A DNA stretch of 64,000 bases from an uncultured Bacteroidota bacterium. GTDB taxonomy: Bacteria; Bacteroidota; Bacteroidia; AKYH767-A; 2013-40CM-41-45. Position numbers and translations under genes: made by a program. The stretch is taken from contig CALMQM010000123.1 of assembly GCA_937871435.1 (NCBI GenBank), forward strand, positions 2,607-66,606, written 5' to 3'. Shown here in pieces: positions 39,478-49,704 of the stretch. Position 1 is the first letter of the stretch, and the number at the start of each line of letters is the position of its first letter. Below the pieces are notes generated by a model. That model ran no database searches, was not told where the DNA came from, and saw nothing but the letters and a program-made list of their open reading frames with translations.

Positions 39478-41838
39478 TTATTTTCCCCAGCGCCTTGATT
39501 TCTTTTTTGGCTTGACGATTTTTTTATCCCTACCCGCAGCACCTCTTTTTCTTGGCGGATGTTCAGGAATGAATACAGGGACAGGACCGTCGCCATTGAT
39601 CATTTTAAAATCAATTTGTTTCCGGATAAGGTCACAACGCATTACCTGAACACGGACATTGTCGCCCATTGTGTATCTCTTTTTCGTGCGGGCGCCAATC
39701 ACGCAATAGTTGGTGTCATCAAATTCATAGAAGTCATCATCTAAGTCGCGCAGGCGAACCATTCCCTCACATTTGTTTTCTATGATTTCCACAAACAGTC
39801 CCCACTCGGTTACGCCTGAAATCAACCCATCGTAGACCTCACCAATTTTATCCTGCAAAAACTCAACTTGTTTGTATTTAATGGAAGCACGCTCCGCTTC
39901 GGAAGCTTTTATTTCCATCTGCGTGCTGTGTTTGCATTGTTCTTCCAGTTGTTCACGATCCACCTCATTTTTATTATTGAGGTATGATTCCAGCAAGCGA
40001 TGAACCATCATGTCGGGATAGCGACGAATAGGAGAAGTGAAATGAGTATAAAAATCGAATGCAAGTCCGTAGTGTCCGATGTTTTCCGTCGTGTATATTG
40101 CTTTTGACATAGTACGGATGGCAAGCTGTTCGAGAACGTTCTGTTCTTTTTTACCATGCAGACTCTTCATGAGACTGTTTAGTGAATTCGAAATTTCCTT
40201 GTCGTTATCAATCTTTAATTTGTAGCCCCACTTGCTTGCGAATCGCGCGAAATTCTGGAGCTTGTCAGAAACCGGACCTTCGTGAACACGATACACAAAT
40301 GGCCTTTTCTGAACGGTCATCGTTTCCTCTTCCTGTTCGCCCCGCTTATTTTTCTTTTGTGAAGTAACAATGTGTTTTCGTCCGATCAATTCAGCCACGC
40401 TTCTGTTGGCCAACAGCATGAATTCCTCAATGAGCTTGTTTGCCTCTTTGCTCTCTTTCAGATACACGCCAAGTGGTTTTCCTTTTTCGTCCAGCTTAAA
40501 TTTCACTTCCATTTTTTCAAAGGCAATCGCGCCTTTTCGGAATCTTTCACTACGAAGTTTTTGGGCCAGTGTGTTGAGGGTTAGAATTTCTTCTTTCAGT
40601 GGTCCCTCACCGGTTTCGATCACATTCTGTGCATCTTCGTAAGCAAAACGTTTGTCGCTATGAATGATAGTTTTTCCAAACCAGGAATTAACAACACGTC
40701 CAGCGTCATTCATTTCGAATACAGCAGCAAAGCAAAGCTTGTCCTCGTTTGGTCTTAAAGAACAAACACCGTTTGACAATTTTTCCGGAAGCATAGGAAT
40801 TACCCTGTCAACCAGGTATACAGAAGTGCCACGGAAGTAAGCTTCTTTATCAAGATACGTTTGCGGCCGAATATAATAAGTGACATCGGCGATGTGTACA
40901 CCAATTTCCCAGTTTCCGTTTTGTAGTTTTTGAATGGACAAAGCATCATCAAAATCCTTCGCGTCATACGGATCGATGGTGAATGTGGTGATCTTACGAA
41001 AATCTCTTCTGCGTGAAATTTCTTCTGCCGGAATAGCTTCAGGAATTTTTGCGGATTCTTCCTCCACTCTGCGGGGAAACTCCAGGGGGAAGCCGTATTC
41101 CGAAAGAATGGAATTCATTTCGACATCGTTGTCGCCGGGCCAGCCAAGGAGTTTAGTAATTTTTCCGATGGGATTTTTAGTTCCGCGAGGCCAGTCTACA
41201 ATCTCAGCAATCACTTTTTGTCCATGCTGTGCATCGCCGATGAGATGTTGCGGGATGAAAATATCCACCAGCATTTTGGAAGAATCAGGAACCACGAAGG
41301 CAAATTTTCCCTGCAGTTGCACATTGCCCGCAAACTCTGTTTTTGATCGCTCGATAATTTCCACAACTTCTCCTTCAAGGCGTTGGTTTTTGTGTCGCGC
41401 ATACAGATATATTTTCACCCGGTCACCGTTAAGCGCATTTTTCACATTGCGTGGAGCGATATAAATATCATCTTCATCATTTTCACTGAGCAGGTAAGCG
41501 GCGCCACTTGCGGAGATATCAATGACACCCTCGGTATATGCATGTTTTGGTTTGAGTTTGTATTTCCCTCTTTCAACTTCCAACAAATCACCTTTCGCCA
41601 TGAGAGTGCGGATGATGATCAGAATTTCTTTTTTCAGTTCAGTGGCAAGATCTTCAACGACGACATCTCCGCCAAGTGTTTCACGGACATAATTCATGAA
41701 GCCCGGCTTGATAGCAGTTGTGAGTTGTTTGTAATTAAATGTTTTGTTCGGATGAGAATTGAGGGTTTTAAAAACTTCCGAAAGTAAATATGCCTGGACA
41801 GGACTTTTAATTTGTTCTTTATGTTTTTTCTTGTTCAT
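39478..41838 (-). CDS. rnr: Ribonuclease R
   Basis: 786 aa with cold-shock/OB N-domains, an RNB catalytic domain, S1, and a basic C-terminal tail RKRGAAGRDKKIVKPKKKSRRWGK. Confidence 0.85.
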   Translation of the reverse strand: MNKKKHKEQIKSPVQAYLLSEVFKTLNSHPNKTFNYKQLTTAIKPGFMNYVRETLGGDVVVEDLATELKKEILIIIRTLMAKGDLLEVERGKYKLKPKHAYTEGVIDISASGAAYLLSENDEDDIYIAPRNVKNALNGDRVKIYLYARHKNQRLEGEVVEIIERSKTEFAGNVQLQGKFAFVVPDSSKMLVDIFIPQHLIGDAQHGQKVIAEIVDWPRGTKNPIGKITKLLGWPGDNDVEMNSILSEYGFPLEFPRRVEEESAKIPEAIPAEEISRRRDFRKITTFTIDPYDAKDFDDALSIQKLQNGNWEIGVHIADVTYYIRPQTYLDKEAYFRGTSVYLVDRVIPMLPEKLSNGVCSLRPNEDKLCFAAVFEMNDAGRVVNSWFGKTIIHSDKRFAYEDAQNVIETGEGPLKEEILTLNTLAQKLRSERFRKGAIAFEKMEVKFKLDEKGKPLGVYLKESKEANKLIEEFMLLANRSVAELIGRKHIVTSQKKNKRGEQEEETMTVQKRPFVYRVHEGPVSDKLQNFARFASKWGYKLKIDNDKEISNSLNSLMKSLHGKKEQNVLEQLAIRTMSKAIYTTENIGHYGLAFDFYTHFTSPIRRYPDMMVHRLLESYLNNKNEVDREQLEEQCKHSTQMEIKASEAERASIKYKQVEFLQDKIGEVYDGLISGVTEWGLFVEIIENKCEGMVRLRDLDDDFYEFDDTNYCVIGARTKKRYTMGDNVRVQVMRCDLIRKQIDFKMINGDGPVPVFIPEHPPRKRGAAGRDKKIVKPKKKSRRWGK

Positions 41839-42108
41839 GTAATCAATAATGAAAGCGACGGAGGGGTGATTGCCAGATTTAATATTGGAGGAAAAATGAA
41901 TTTAGCAGGATAATTATTTTTTGAAAGTTACACAATGCAGGATGGGGAAACACGTTAGTCTGTGCTAATTATAAGGCAACAACCGTTAATAACACAGAGC
42001 GATTGTGAAAAACCTGTTTCATAACTTTTAACTGATCAGCATGAAGCACAAGAGCAGGGGACTTACTTTAGCTCTTTATAATCATCGCACTAAAACCAAC
42101 GCGGAAAA

Positions 42109-43008
42109 ATGGACACACAAAACCAAGAACCCAAAAAGGGAAAAGGAACCCTTTGGATTGTATTATTTTTACTCTCTGCCGTCATGAACATTTATCAGTG
42201 GCGCAACCACACCACCACGATTAACACATACGAGCAGAAGGTGGATACGCTGGTAGTAGAGCGGGTGAATGTTGAAAAAGAGCTTTCGGACACCAAGGCT
42301 GAACTTGAGAAATACCGTGGTATTTCTGCCAACCTTGACAGTTTGTTGAACGAAGCCCAGGCTAAAATCGAAGAGCAGGCTAAGAAGATCAAAGATATCA
42401 ACGCCCGCGAGCGGAATATGGCTTCTTTGAATACAAAACTGAAGCAGCAGCTTGCAGATCTTCAAATGTTGCGCGACGAATACCTGGGTCGTATCGACTC
42501 TTTGTTGATGGCGAACAAACAGCTGGTTACAGAGAAGGAGCAATTGACAAGCAATGTAGAGTCGCTGTCGAAGAACCTCGAAACCACGGTTGCAACAGCG
42601 TCTGTATTGAAAACAGAATACATCAAAGTTCAATCGTTCAAGAGGAAGTCGAATGGAAAATTTGTTGAGACCGCGATGGGCAAACGTACGCACAAATTAT
42701 CGGTTTGTTTTGATGTATTGGATAACAAGATTGCGAAACAGGGCGACAAAACAGTTTACCTGAAAATAACTGAGCCGGGCGGTAAAGCGGTGGGTAATCG
42801 CAGCACAGGATCCAGCTCTTTCAAAACAAGCAGCGGCGAAGAGGTGATGTATGCTGCAACGACTACGATTAATTACACCGGAGCGAAACAAAATGTGTGT
42901 ATGAATTACGAAGAGCAGCAAGATAAAATGTTCCCTGCCGGAACTTACCTTATCGAAGTTTACATAGATGGCAACCTGAGCGGCGCCGGATCTTATACGC
43001 TGAGATAA
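42109..43008 (+). CDS. Hypothetical membrane-anchored coiled-coil protein
   Basis: N-terminal TM, long heptad-rich region and a C-terminal beta-rich domain. Confidence 0.5.
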   Translation: MDTQNQEPKKGKGTLWIVLFLLSAVMNIYQWRNHTTTINTYEQKVDTLVVERVNVEKELSDTKAELEKYRGISANLDSLLNEAQAKIEEQAKKIKDINARERNMASLNTKLKQQLADLQMLRDEYLGRIDSLLMANKQLVTEKEQLTSNVESLSKNLETTVATASVLKTEYIKVQSFKRKSNGKFVETAMGKRTHKLSVCFDVLDNKIAKQGDKTVYLKITEPGGKAVGNRSTGSSSFKTSSGEEVMYAATTTINYTGAKQNVCMNYEEQQDKMFPAGTYLIEVYIDGNLSGAGSYTLR

Positions 43009-43028
43009 TTGTAATTGATAAATAATTC

Positions 43029-43072
43029 AATCGCCATGAATCGGGCAAATCCCGCGTTCATGGCGATTTTTT
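43029..43072 (+). terminator. Rho-independent terminator between convergent genes
   Basis: atcgccatgaa…ttcatggcgat inverted repeat of 11 bp, followed by TTTTTTATT. Confidence 0.65.
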
Positions 43073-43090
43073 ATTGACAACAAAATAATT

Positions 43091-43390
43091 TTAAAGCGGG
43101 TCTTGAATTTTTTCTTCAATTATGCGGATCATTTTTGGCGCGATATCGAACCCGCGCATCCTCCAGATTTCCGCTCCGTTTTTCATCAGGATAAATGTGG
43201 GTACACTTAGAATGTGAAATTCCTTAGCATAATCCGGATGCTCGTCGATATCAATTTTCAACAAAAAGATTTTGTTGTCAAAATGGTTTAATACCAGATC
43301 GATGACAGGATCCGCCCATTTGCAGGGTTCGCACCATGTGGCATGAAAATCGAGCAAGACTAATGGGTGTTCCTGAATTGGAGTAAGCAC
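43091..43390 (-). CDS. Thioredoxin-family protein
   Basis: WCEPC active-site motif. 99 aa. Confidence 0.8.
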   Translation of the reverse strand: MLTPIQEHPLVLLDFHATWCEPCKWADPVIDLVLNHFDNKIFLLKIDIDEHPDYAKEFHILSVPTFILMKNGAEIWRMRGFDIAPKMIRIIEEKIQDPL

Positions 43391-43398
43391 AGATGGAA

Positions 43399-44832
43399 TT
43401 AATTATTCTTCACGCCCGCGAGTCCTGTTTCAACGGGAACATTTTCTTCTTTGATCAAACTCCATCCGCCATATACATTCACAACATTGGAATATCCATC
43501 CGCTTTCATGAGCGAGGCCGCGATCATAGAACGGTATCCTCCGGCGCAATGAATGTAGACTGTTTCGTTTTTAGGAACAGAAGAAAGATTGCTTTTTAAA
43601 TCGGCTAAAGGCAAAACGGTTGCGCCTTTGATGTGACCGGATTCCGCTTCGGTATATTTGCGAACATCCAGAACGGAAGCGCCTTCATTTACCTTTGATG
43701 CAAAATCCGCAGGGCTAACAGAAATCACGGTATCGGTTTTTTTGCCGGCCCTTATCCATTCGGGAAATCCGCCCATCAGGTAACCACGAACATTTTCATA
43801 CCCTACACGGGCCAGTCGTTGTACCGCCTCTTCTTCTTTTCCCGGATCACACACGAGTACAAGTTGTTTACGGATATCGACTACTGTTCCAACCCAGACG
43901 GCAAACATTCCGTTTAGTCCGATATTAACCGAGCCGGGAATAAACCCCTTTTCAAAATCTTCCGGGTTACGTGTATCAAGGACGAGTGAACCGTTTTGAA
44001 GATCCAGTTCAACAGCATCTACAGAGAGAGGACGAAGATTATTTTTCATCACAGCATCGATCGCTTCATAACCCTGCTTGTTAATTCGTGCATCACTGAA
44101 AAAATATGCAGGAGGGGCAACCAATCCTTCGGTGACTTCTTTGATAAACTCTTCTTTGCGCATTTCACGCAACGCGTAATTGGTTTTTTTCTGATGCCCT
44201 ATCGTGCTCCAGGTTTCTTTGCCAATATTTTTTCCGCAGGCAGAACCCGGACCGTGTGCGGGATACACGGTAACTTCATCGGGGAGATTTTTTATTTTAT
44301 TGTTGAGAGAATCATACATCATTCCGGCCAATTCCTCTTTTGTCATTTTTCCATCCAGAAGATCCGGTCTTCCAACATCTCCAACAAATAATGTGTCACC
44401 CGAAAAGAGGCAATATTCCTGATAGCTTTCGTCAAGTAATAAATAGCAGGTAGATTCAGGAGTATGTCCGGGAGTATGAATTGCTTTCAGTGTGATGTTG
44501 CCAAGCTTAAATTCTTCGCCATCTTTCGCTGTATAGGTTTCGTAATGTGTTTCAGCGAGCGGACCAAATACAATCGTGGCTCCGGTTTCTTTTGCCAGAT
44601 CAATATGACCTGAAACAAAGTCGGCATGAAAATGTGTTTCAAAAACATATTTGATTCTGGTTCCGCGCTGGCGAGCCAATTCGATGTAGGGTTCAATTTC
44701 GCGGATCGGATCTACGATGGCAGCTTCGCCGTTCGATTCAATATAATATGCAGCTTCTGCAAGGCAATTGGTATAGAGTTGTTGTACGTACATAGATAAA
44801 GGAGTAGAGACCACAAAGATAGGAAAAAGCAC
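43399..44832 (-). CDS. MBL-fold metallo-hydrolase fused to two rhodanese domains, CstB-like (persulfide dioxygenase/sulfurtransferase type)
   Basis: HFHADFVSGH metallo-beta-lactamase motif near the N-terminus. Two C-terminal rhodanese domains, the last with active-site Cys (CAGGYRS). Confidence 0.75.
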   Translation of the reverse strand: MLFPIFVVSTPLSMYVQQLYTNCLAEAAYYIESNGEAAIVDPIREIEPYIELARQRGTRIKYVFETHFHADFVSGHIDLAKETGATIVFGPLAETHYETYTAKDGEEFKLGNITLKAIHTPGHTPESTCYLLLDESYQEYCLFSGDTLFVGDVGRPDLLDGKMTKEELAGMMYDSLNNKIKNLPDEVTVYPAHGPGSACGKNIGKETWSTIGHQKKTNYALREMRKEEFIKEVTEGLVAPPAYFFSDARINKQGYEAIDAVMKNNLRPLSVDAVELDLQNGSLVLDTRNPEDFEKGFIPGSVNIGLNGMFAVWVGTVVDIRKQLVLVCDPGKEEEAVQRLARVGYENVRGYLMGGFPEWIRAGKKTDTVISVSPADFASKVNEGASVLDVRKYTEAESGHIKGATVLPLADLKSNLSSVPKNETVYIHCAGGYRSMIAASLMKADGYSNVVNVYGGWSLIKEENVPVETGLAGVKNN

Positions 44833-44894
44833 CGGCAGGGAAAAGATAGGAAAATGTACGATCTTCGGAAAAAATTAGCGTCAGGATATTTTAC

Positions 44895-45848
44895 ATGACG
44901 AACCAGGAACAAGCGACGAAGCCAACGAAAGAACAATGGGCAAAACCGGTGTTTTGGCTGGGATTAGCAGTCATCCTTGTTTTCTTTTTGCCGGCAAGTT
45001 TCGCGCTTCTTTTGGGATTGACGCTTGGTATACTGTTCGGAAACCCATTTCCGAAACAATCGAAAGTCGTTACTAAATATTTACTTCAGGGAGCAATTGT
45101 TGGACTTGGATTCGGAATGAATTTCACCAAAGTTGTAGAGGCGGGTAAAGATGGATTTGTGTTTACAGTGTTGACGATCTCGGCGGCAATTGGTGTAGGG
45201 TTTATTCTTGGACGAATTTTGAAAGTTGAGCGGATCATTTCTTACCTCATCTCTGTTGGTACTGCTATTTGTGGAGGAAGCGCTATTGCTGCGGTGAGTC
45301 AGGTCGTGCATGCGGACGAAAACGACATTTCTGTTTCTATCGGCACGGTGTTTATTTTAAACGCGATCGCCTTGTTTATTTTTCCTCCGATAGGAACTTA
45401 TTTCGGTCTTACTCAACAACAATTTGGAGTGTGGGCGGCAATTGCCATTCACGATACCAGCTCTGTTGTTGGTGCGGCATCACACTATGGAAACGAAGCG
45501 TTGATGATTGCAACAACTGTGAAGCTGGCGCGCGCACTCTGGATAATACCGGTAGCGCTACTCACGTCGCTGGTATTTAAAAAACAAAGTTCGGCTGCAG
45601 CCCTCCCTTGGTTCATTCTGTTTTTTGTAATTGCCTCCTTAATAAACACCTATACTCATATTCCTTCTTCGATTTCAGACTTAATAGTCAAAGCTTCAAA
45701 AATTGCATTTAGTGTCACACTTTTTCTCATTGGAACCGGAATTTCAATGAAGACGATCAAAAAAGTAGGAATACGCCCTCTGTTGCAAGGTGTGATATTG
45801 TGGATGTTTATTTTAATTTCCTCTTTATTTTTTATTCTTCATTACTAA
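44895..45848 (+). CDS. YeiH/UPF0324 family putative sulfate exporter
   Basis: Polytopic 317 aa with the characteristic UPF0324 N-terminal region. Confidence 0.65.
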   Translation: MTNQEQATKPTKEQWAKPVFWLGLAVILVFFLPASFALLLGLTLGILFGNPFPKQSKVVTKYLLQGAIVGLGFGMNFTKVVEAGKDGFVFTVLTISAAIGVGFILGRILKVERIISYLISVGTAICGGSAIAAVSQVVHADENDISVSIGTVFILNAIALFIFPPIGTYFGLTQQQFGVWAAIAIHDTSSVVGAASHYGNEALMIATTVKLARALWIIPVALLTSLVFKKQSSAAALPWFILFFVIASLINTYTHIPSSISDLIVKASKIAFSVTLFLIGTGISMKTIKKVGIRPLLQGVILWMFILISSLFFILHY

Positions 45849-45911
45849 ACGTATTTTCGTTTAACCCAAGCGATAGCAGAGCGATTTTTTTGCAAGCCCA
45901 AATTTGCGACA

Positions 45912-47669
45912 ATGGAGATTGCAATTGTTTTAGGACTACTGGTCCTGGCCATTCTACTTTTTTCTATGGAAAAATTTTCTGTGGACCTGGTCACTATGGG
46001 TTTGTTGTTTGTATTGATCGCAACAAAAATTATTACACCGCAGGAAGCGTTTGCCGGATTCGGAAGTGATTTCATGGTGGTTCTTACGTCCATTTTTATT
46101 ATCAGTGGCGCCCTACAGCAAACAGGAGTTTTGGATTTAATTGGCGCAAGATTGCTTTCGCTTGCCAAAGCCAGACCTGAGTATATGATTGTTTACATCA
46201 TGTTTGCGGTTGGGCTTACTTCTGCATTCATGAATAATACGACAGTGACAGCAATTTTTCTTGCTCCTGTCATTGCGGTTGCAAGAAATTTGAAAATGGG
46301 TCCGTCGAAACTTTTAATTCCGGTTGCCTATGCGTCTATTCTTGGCGGAACATGTACATTGATCGGAACGTCTACCAATATTGCGGTTGGAGGCTATCTT
46401 GAAAAAATCGGGATGCAACCGATAGGTATGTTCGAATTTCTTCCTGTCGGGTTAGCACTTTTTGTAACCGGTTTATTGTATATGGCATTGGTCGGTAAAC
46501 GTAGTTTGCCAGACAACAAAGACGAAAGCATGGAAGCGGAATTTGGATTGCGCGCATATGTAAGTGAAATTGTTATCAGCCAGGATTCCCCGCTCATTGG
46601 AAAAGGAATTTTCCAATCCAGTCTTAGCAAGATGGGTTTTCGAATTTTGAATGTGATTCGTCTTGGGCATAATTTTTTACCGGACAAGACAAGCATTATT
46701 GAAGCAAACGATATTTTGATCGTCGAAGGAAAATTGGAAAACCTGATTGCAGTGAAAGAAACAGAAGGCATCGATATTCGTGCAGACGGTCTGTTGGATT
46801 ATTCCCTACAGAGTGAAAACATTAAACTGGCAGAAGTTCTTGTGACACCGCAATCAGAGTTTCTGAATAACACACTGAAGAGCTCTAATTTCAGACAAAA
46901 ATATGGACTGGTTGTACTTGCTATTAACCGGTCAGGGCACACACTGAGAGAGAAGCTGGGAAAAGTTATTTTGCGTGTAGGAGATATATTGTTGGTGCAA
47001 GGACCAATAGAAAAAATAGATTACTATAAGTTATCGCGGGATATAGCCATCCTGGATGATTTCAGACCGTTATTATACAAACGCAGAAAAGGCATTCTTA
47101 CTCTTGCGGTTTTTATCACGTCGATTATTCTTGGCTCCTGCAACATCTTTCCGCTATCTGCATCCATGATTCTCGGAGTTCTGGTTGTTGTATTGATCAA
47201 AGCAGTCAGTATTGAAAGAGCTTACGAAACGATTGACTGGAAATTGTTGGTAATGATTGGAGGAATGTCGGCATTTGGTACCGCGATGACGAACTCCGGT
47301 GCGGCAACATGGTTGTCACAAAACATTGTTAATGTGATGCAACCTTTTGGCACACTTGCAATCATGGCCGGCTTTGTGATTCTGACAGTATTTCTTACAC
47401 AGCCCATGTCCAATGCCGCAGCAGCATTGGTAGTATTGCCTATTGCGATTGAAACGGCGAGACATCTTGAAGTAAACCCAAGGACATTTGCGATTGCGGT
47501 TATGCTGAGCGCATCTGTTTCATTGGTTACACCTTTCGAGCCATCGTGTATCCTGGTGTATGGGCCGGGGAAATACAGGTTCATCGATTTTTTCAAAGCG
47601 GGAGGAATACTCACTGTGATACTGATGGCGGTATTAATGATTCTTATTCCGTATTACTGGCCGCTGTAA
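45912..47669 (+). CDS. SLC13/DASS-family anion permease with central TrkA-C domains
   Basis: 585 aa with two hydrophobic halves around a soluble TrkA_C-like tandem. Architecture of DASS/CitT-like permeases. Confidence 0.7.
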   Translation: MEIAIVLGLLVLAILLFSMEKFSVDLVTMGLLFVLIATKIITPQEAFAGFGSDFMVVLTSIFIISGALQQTGVLDLIGARLLSLAKARPEYMIVYIMFAVGLTSAFMNNTTVTAIFLAPVIAVARNLKMGPSKLLIPVAYASILGGTCTLIGTSTNIAVGGYLEKIGMQPIGMFEFLPVGLALFVTGLLYMALVGKRSLPDNKDESMEAEFGLRAYVSEIVISQDSPLIGKGIFQSSLSKMGFRILNVIRLGHNFLPDKTSIIEANDILIVEGKLENLIAVKETEGIDIRADGLLDYSLQSENIKLAEVLVTPQSEFLNNTLKSSNFRQKYGLVVLAINRSGHTLREKLGKVILRVGDILLVQGPIEKIDYYKLSRDIAILDDFRPLLYKRRKGILTLAVFITSIILGSCNIFPLSASMILGVLVVVLIKAVSIERAYETIDWKLLVMIGGMSAFGTAMTNSGAATWLSQNIVNVMQPFGTLAIMAGFVILTVFLTQPMSNAAAALVVLPIAIETARHLEVNPRTFAIAVMLSASVSLVTPFEPSCILVYGPGKYRFIDFFKAGGILTVILMAVLMILIPYYWPL

Positions 47670-47760
47670 TGCCTATGCTTGCAGCTATTGAAATGAAGAG
47701 TGTCTGAACGGAATAAATGCCTGCAAAAAGTAATTTCGGATTAACTTTTATCACAACTCA

Positions 47761-48978
47761 TTAATTAAGTGTTTTCAAAACTGAATCCGCCCTTAGTTTG
47801 AAATCAGCAGATTCCGCAGAGAGTTTGTGAAGAAGAGTGCGCGATTTGTCAGGCTTGTTCAGTTTTAAATAAATGAGCGCCTGGTACCACAATGATTCAT
47901 TTGCATGCACGCTATCGCTTTTTGCGGTTGACTCAAAAATAGGCAAAGCTTTTTTATAGTTTCCTTTTTCATAGAAACGAACAGCGTCTCTGAAGGTTTG
48001 TGGAAGAATAGATTGAGCGGTTGTAGATTCATTCACAGAATAGCCGGCGTCAGTAACAGAGGGCTTTCTTGTTTCTTCTGATGCGGCGCTGGTTCCTTGT
48101 TTGTCTTTGGCGGAAAAACTTTTTTCGTATACCTCTTCTTTACTTTTAGAAACTCCACTTGCCGCAACGAGCGACTCTTCGTCTTTTGTTTCACGAACAA
48201 CATCCGCGTTTTTTTTACTTTGATCATACTCGACATTGCTTGAGCCAATTTTCAATTTAGAAGAAGGCGAAGGCTGAGTTGGAACAGCCAGATTTCTTGC
48301 ATCAACGATGTCTCGTGATTTTGCATACTCTTTATTGAGCGCAATACTTTTCAACTCATTGTTAATTTCTGCATTTACAGATGGCGGAGCCGGGGAAGTT
48401 TTTTTGTATACATCTTCCTGTCTGACATTATCATCCTGTTCCGCTGATTGAATTGGCGAAGCTGTGTCGGCAGAAATTTTCTTATCCACCATTTTCCTCG
48501 AAAGATCCACATCGCCGACAGAGGCCTGATTTTCTTTCGAGAGGGCAGCATTAGCCAGGTTCGCAGGAACCAATGAATCAACTTTCGGCTCAGCGTTCGC
48601 AAGCGTTTTTTCCTGCACAGCATCTTTTTCAGATCGTAGAATAAAATAAAGGGAACCAATACATACACAAATCAGGGCAATTGAAGCGGCCATTTTCATC
48701 CACGGCCGAATAAACAAGAGCTTTCCTTTTGGCGCGACAGCGGCATCAATGCGGGAGTTCAGATCGAGAATATCGTTTGTTAAATCGGTATTGGTATCCA
48801 TTGCCATCATTCCATCCACCGCATCCGAACAGAGCGGGCAGTCGGCCAGATGAAGCTCCACGACTCTTATTTCTTCCAATGAAGACAAGCCCCGGGCATA
48901 GCGGACGAGAGTTTCTTGATCCGGGCAAGGTCCGGATCCCGGGATCGTATGCTTTTTATTGTCCATGACCTCGTTCAA
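47761..48978 (-). CDS. Anti-sigma factor: zinc-finger, TM, long low-complexity linker, C-terminal TPR-like domain
   Basis: HLADCPLCSDAVDG zf-HC2-like motif, single TM, a Ser/Ala/Lys/Glu-rich linker. 23-nt overlap with the upstream ECF sigma gene. Confidence 0.7.
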   Translation of the reverse strand: MNEVMDNKKHTIPGSGPCPDQETLVRYARGLSSLEEIRVVELHLADCPLCSDAVDGMMAMDTNTDLTNDILDLNSRIDAAVAPKGKLLFIRPWMKMAASIALICVCIGSLYFILRSEKDAVQEKTLANAEPKVDSLVPANLANAALSKENQASVGDVDLSRKMVDKKISADTASPIQSAEQDDNVRQEDVYKKTSPAPPSVNAEINNELKSIALNKEYAKSRDIVDARNLAVPTQPSPSSKLKIGSSNVEYDQSKKNADVVRETKDEESLVAASGVSKSKEEVYEKSFSAKDKQGTSAASEETRKPSVTDAGYSVNESTTAQSILPQTFRDAVRFYEKGNYKKALPIFESTAKSDSVHANESLWYQALIYLKLNKPDKSRTLLHKLSAESADFKLRADSVLKTLN

Positions 48979-49531
48979 GAATGATTTTTAAATTTCTTTT
49001 ACCGTTTTGAATGTGACTTTTTACATTTAACATGGTAAAACCTGTAATATCGCAGACCTCTTTATAGGATTTTTCTTGAAGGTAAAATAAGTCTATACAA
49101 ATTCGTTGTTCTTCCTTCAGTTTTTTTATCGCCTCTTCCAGTTTTCTGTATGTTGTTTCCTTTTCAAGAGCGTCATCAGGATGCCACAGCGAATGCATTT
49201 CCATAACCTCGAGGCCGGACCCTTCTTCGTCAACAGATTGATGGAAAATCCCCTTTCTGCTGCGGAGAATCATCAGGCAATGGTTACGGGTTACAGCATA
49301 TAGCCAGGACTTAAAAAAAGTGATTTCGTGCTTAAAAAGATCGCTTTGAAGCTTTTCGAAAATACTCATGACAGCATCTTTCGACTCATCAGTATCTTTC
49401 AAATATTTCAAACAAACCCCGAATAACTGATGTGTGTACCTTTTGAACAAAACGCCCAATGCATTTTTGTCGCCCTGCTTATACAGGGCTACAAGCTCCA
49501 GATCCGTTAATGAAGAGTGGGCGTTTGTCAT
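48956..49531 (-). CDS. ECF-type RNA polymerase sigma-70 factor
   Basis: Region 2 and region 4 patterns (…LFGVCLKYLKD…, …QRICIDLFYLQEKSYKEVCDITGF…). Start taken at the internal Met. Confidence 0.8.
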   Translation of the reverse strand: MTNAHSSLTDLELVALYKQGDKNALGVLFKRYTHQLFGVCLKYLKDTDESKDAVMSIFEKLQSDLFKHEITFFKSWLYAVTRNHCLMILRSRKGIFHQSVDEEGSGLEVMEMHSLWHPDDALEKETTYRKLEEAIKKLKEEQRICIDLFYLQEKSYKEVCDITGFTMLNVKSHIQNGKRNLKIILERGHGQ

Positions 49532-49704
49532 TTTCCTGTGGATGAAAATACTGCGAATCTCGCGAATGCCCAACGAGTGGCATAACAGGTTATGAACGAA
49601 GAAACGGGAGAACAATTGCGGGAATTAACAGGCGTCAGTGTTTATTTCTAAAGAATACGAAATACACAATCAAAAAAGACCCTCACAATATTATACTACG
49701 ACCG

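Noticed and set aside
40934-41787. Plus-strand ORFs of 176 and 134 aa
   Set aside because: Antisense to RNase R.
42169-42693. 174-aa minus-strand ORF
   Set aside because: Antisense to the coiled-coil protein gene. Gln/Leu-rich mirror of the heptad repeats.
47670-47760. Possible terminator between the SLC13 permease gene and the anti-sigma gene
   Set aside because: Only a 6-bp stem with a loop of about 35 nt. Not a credible intrinsic terminator.
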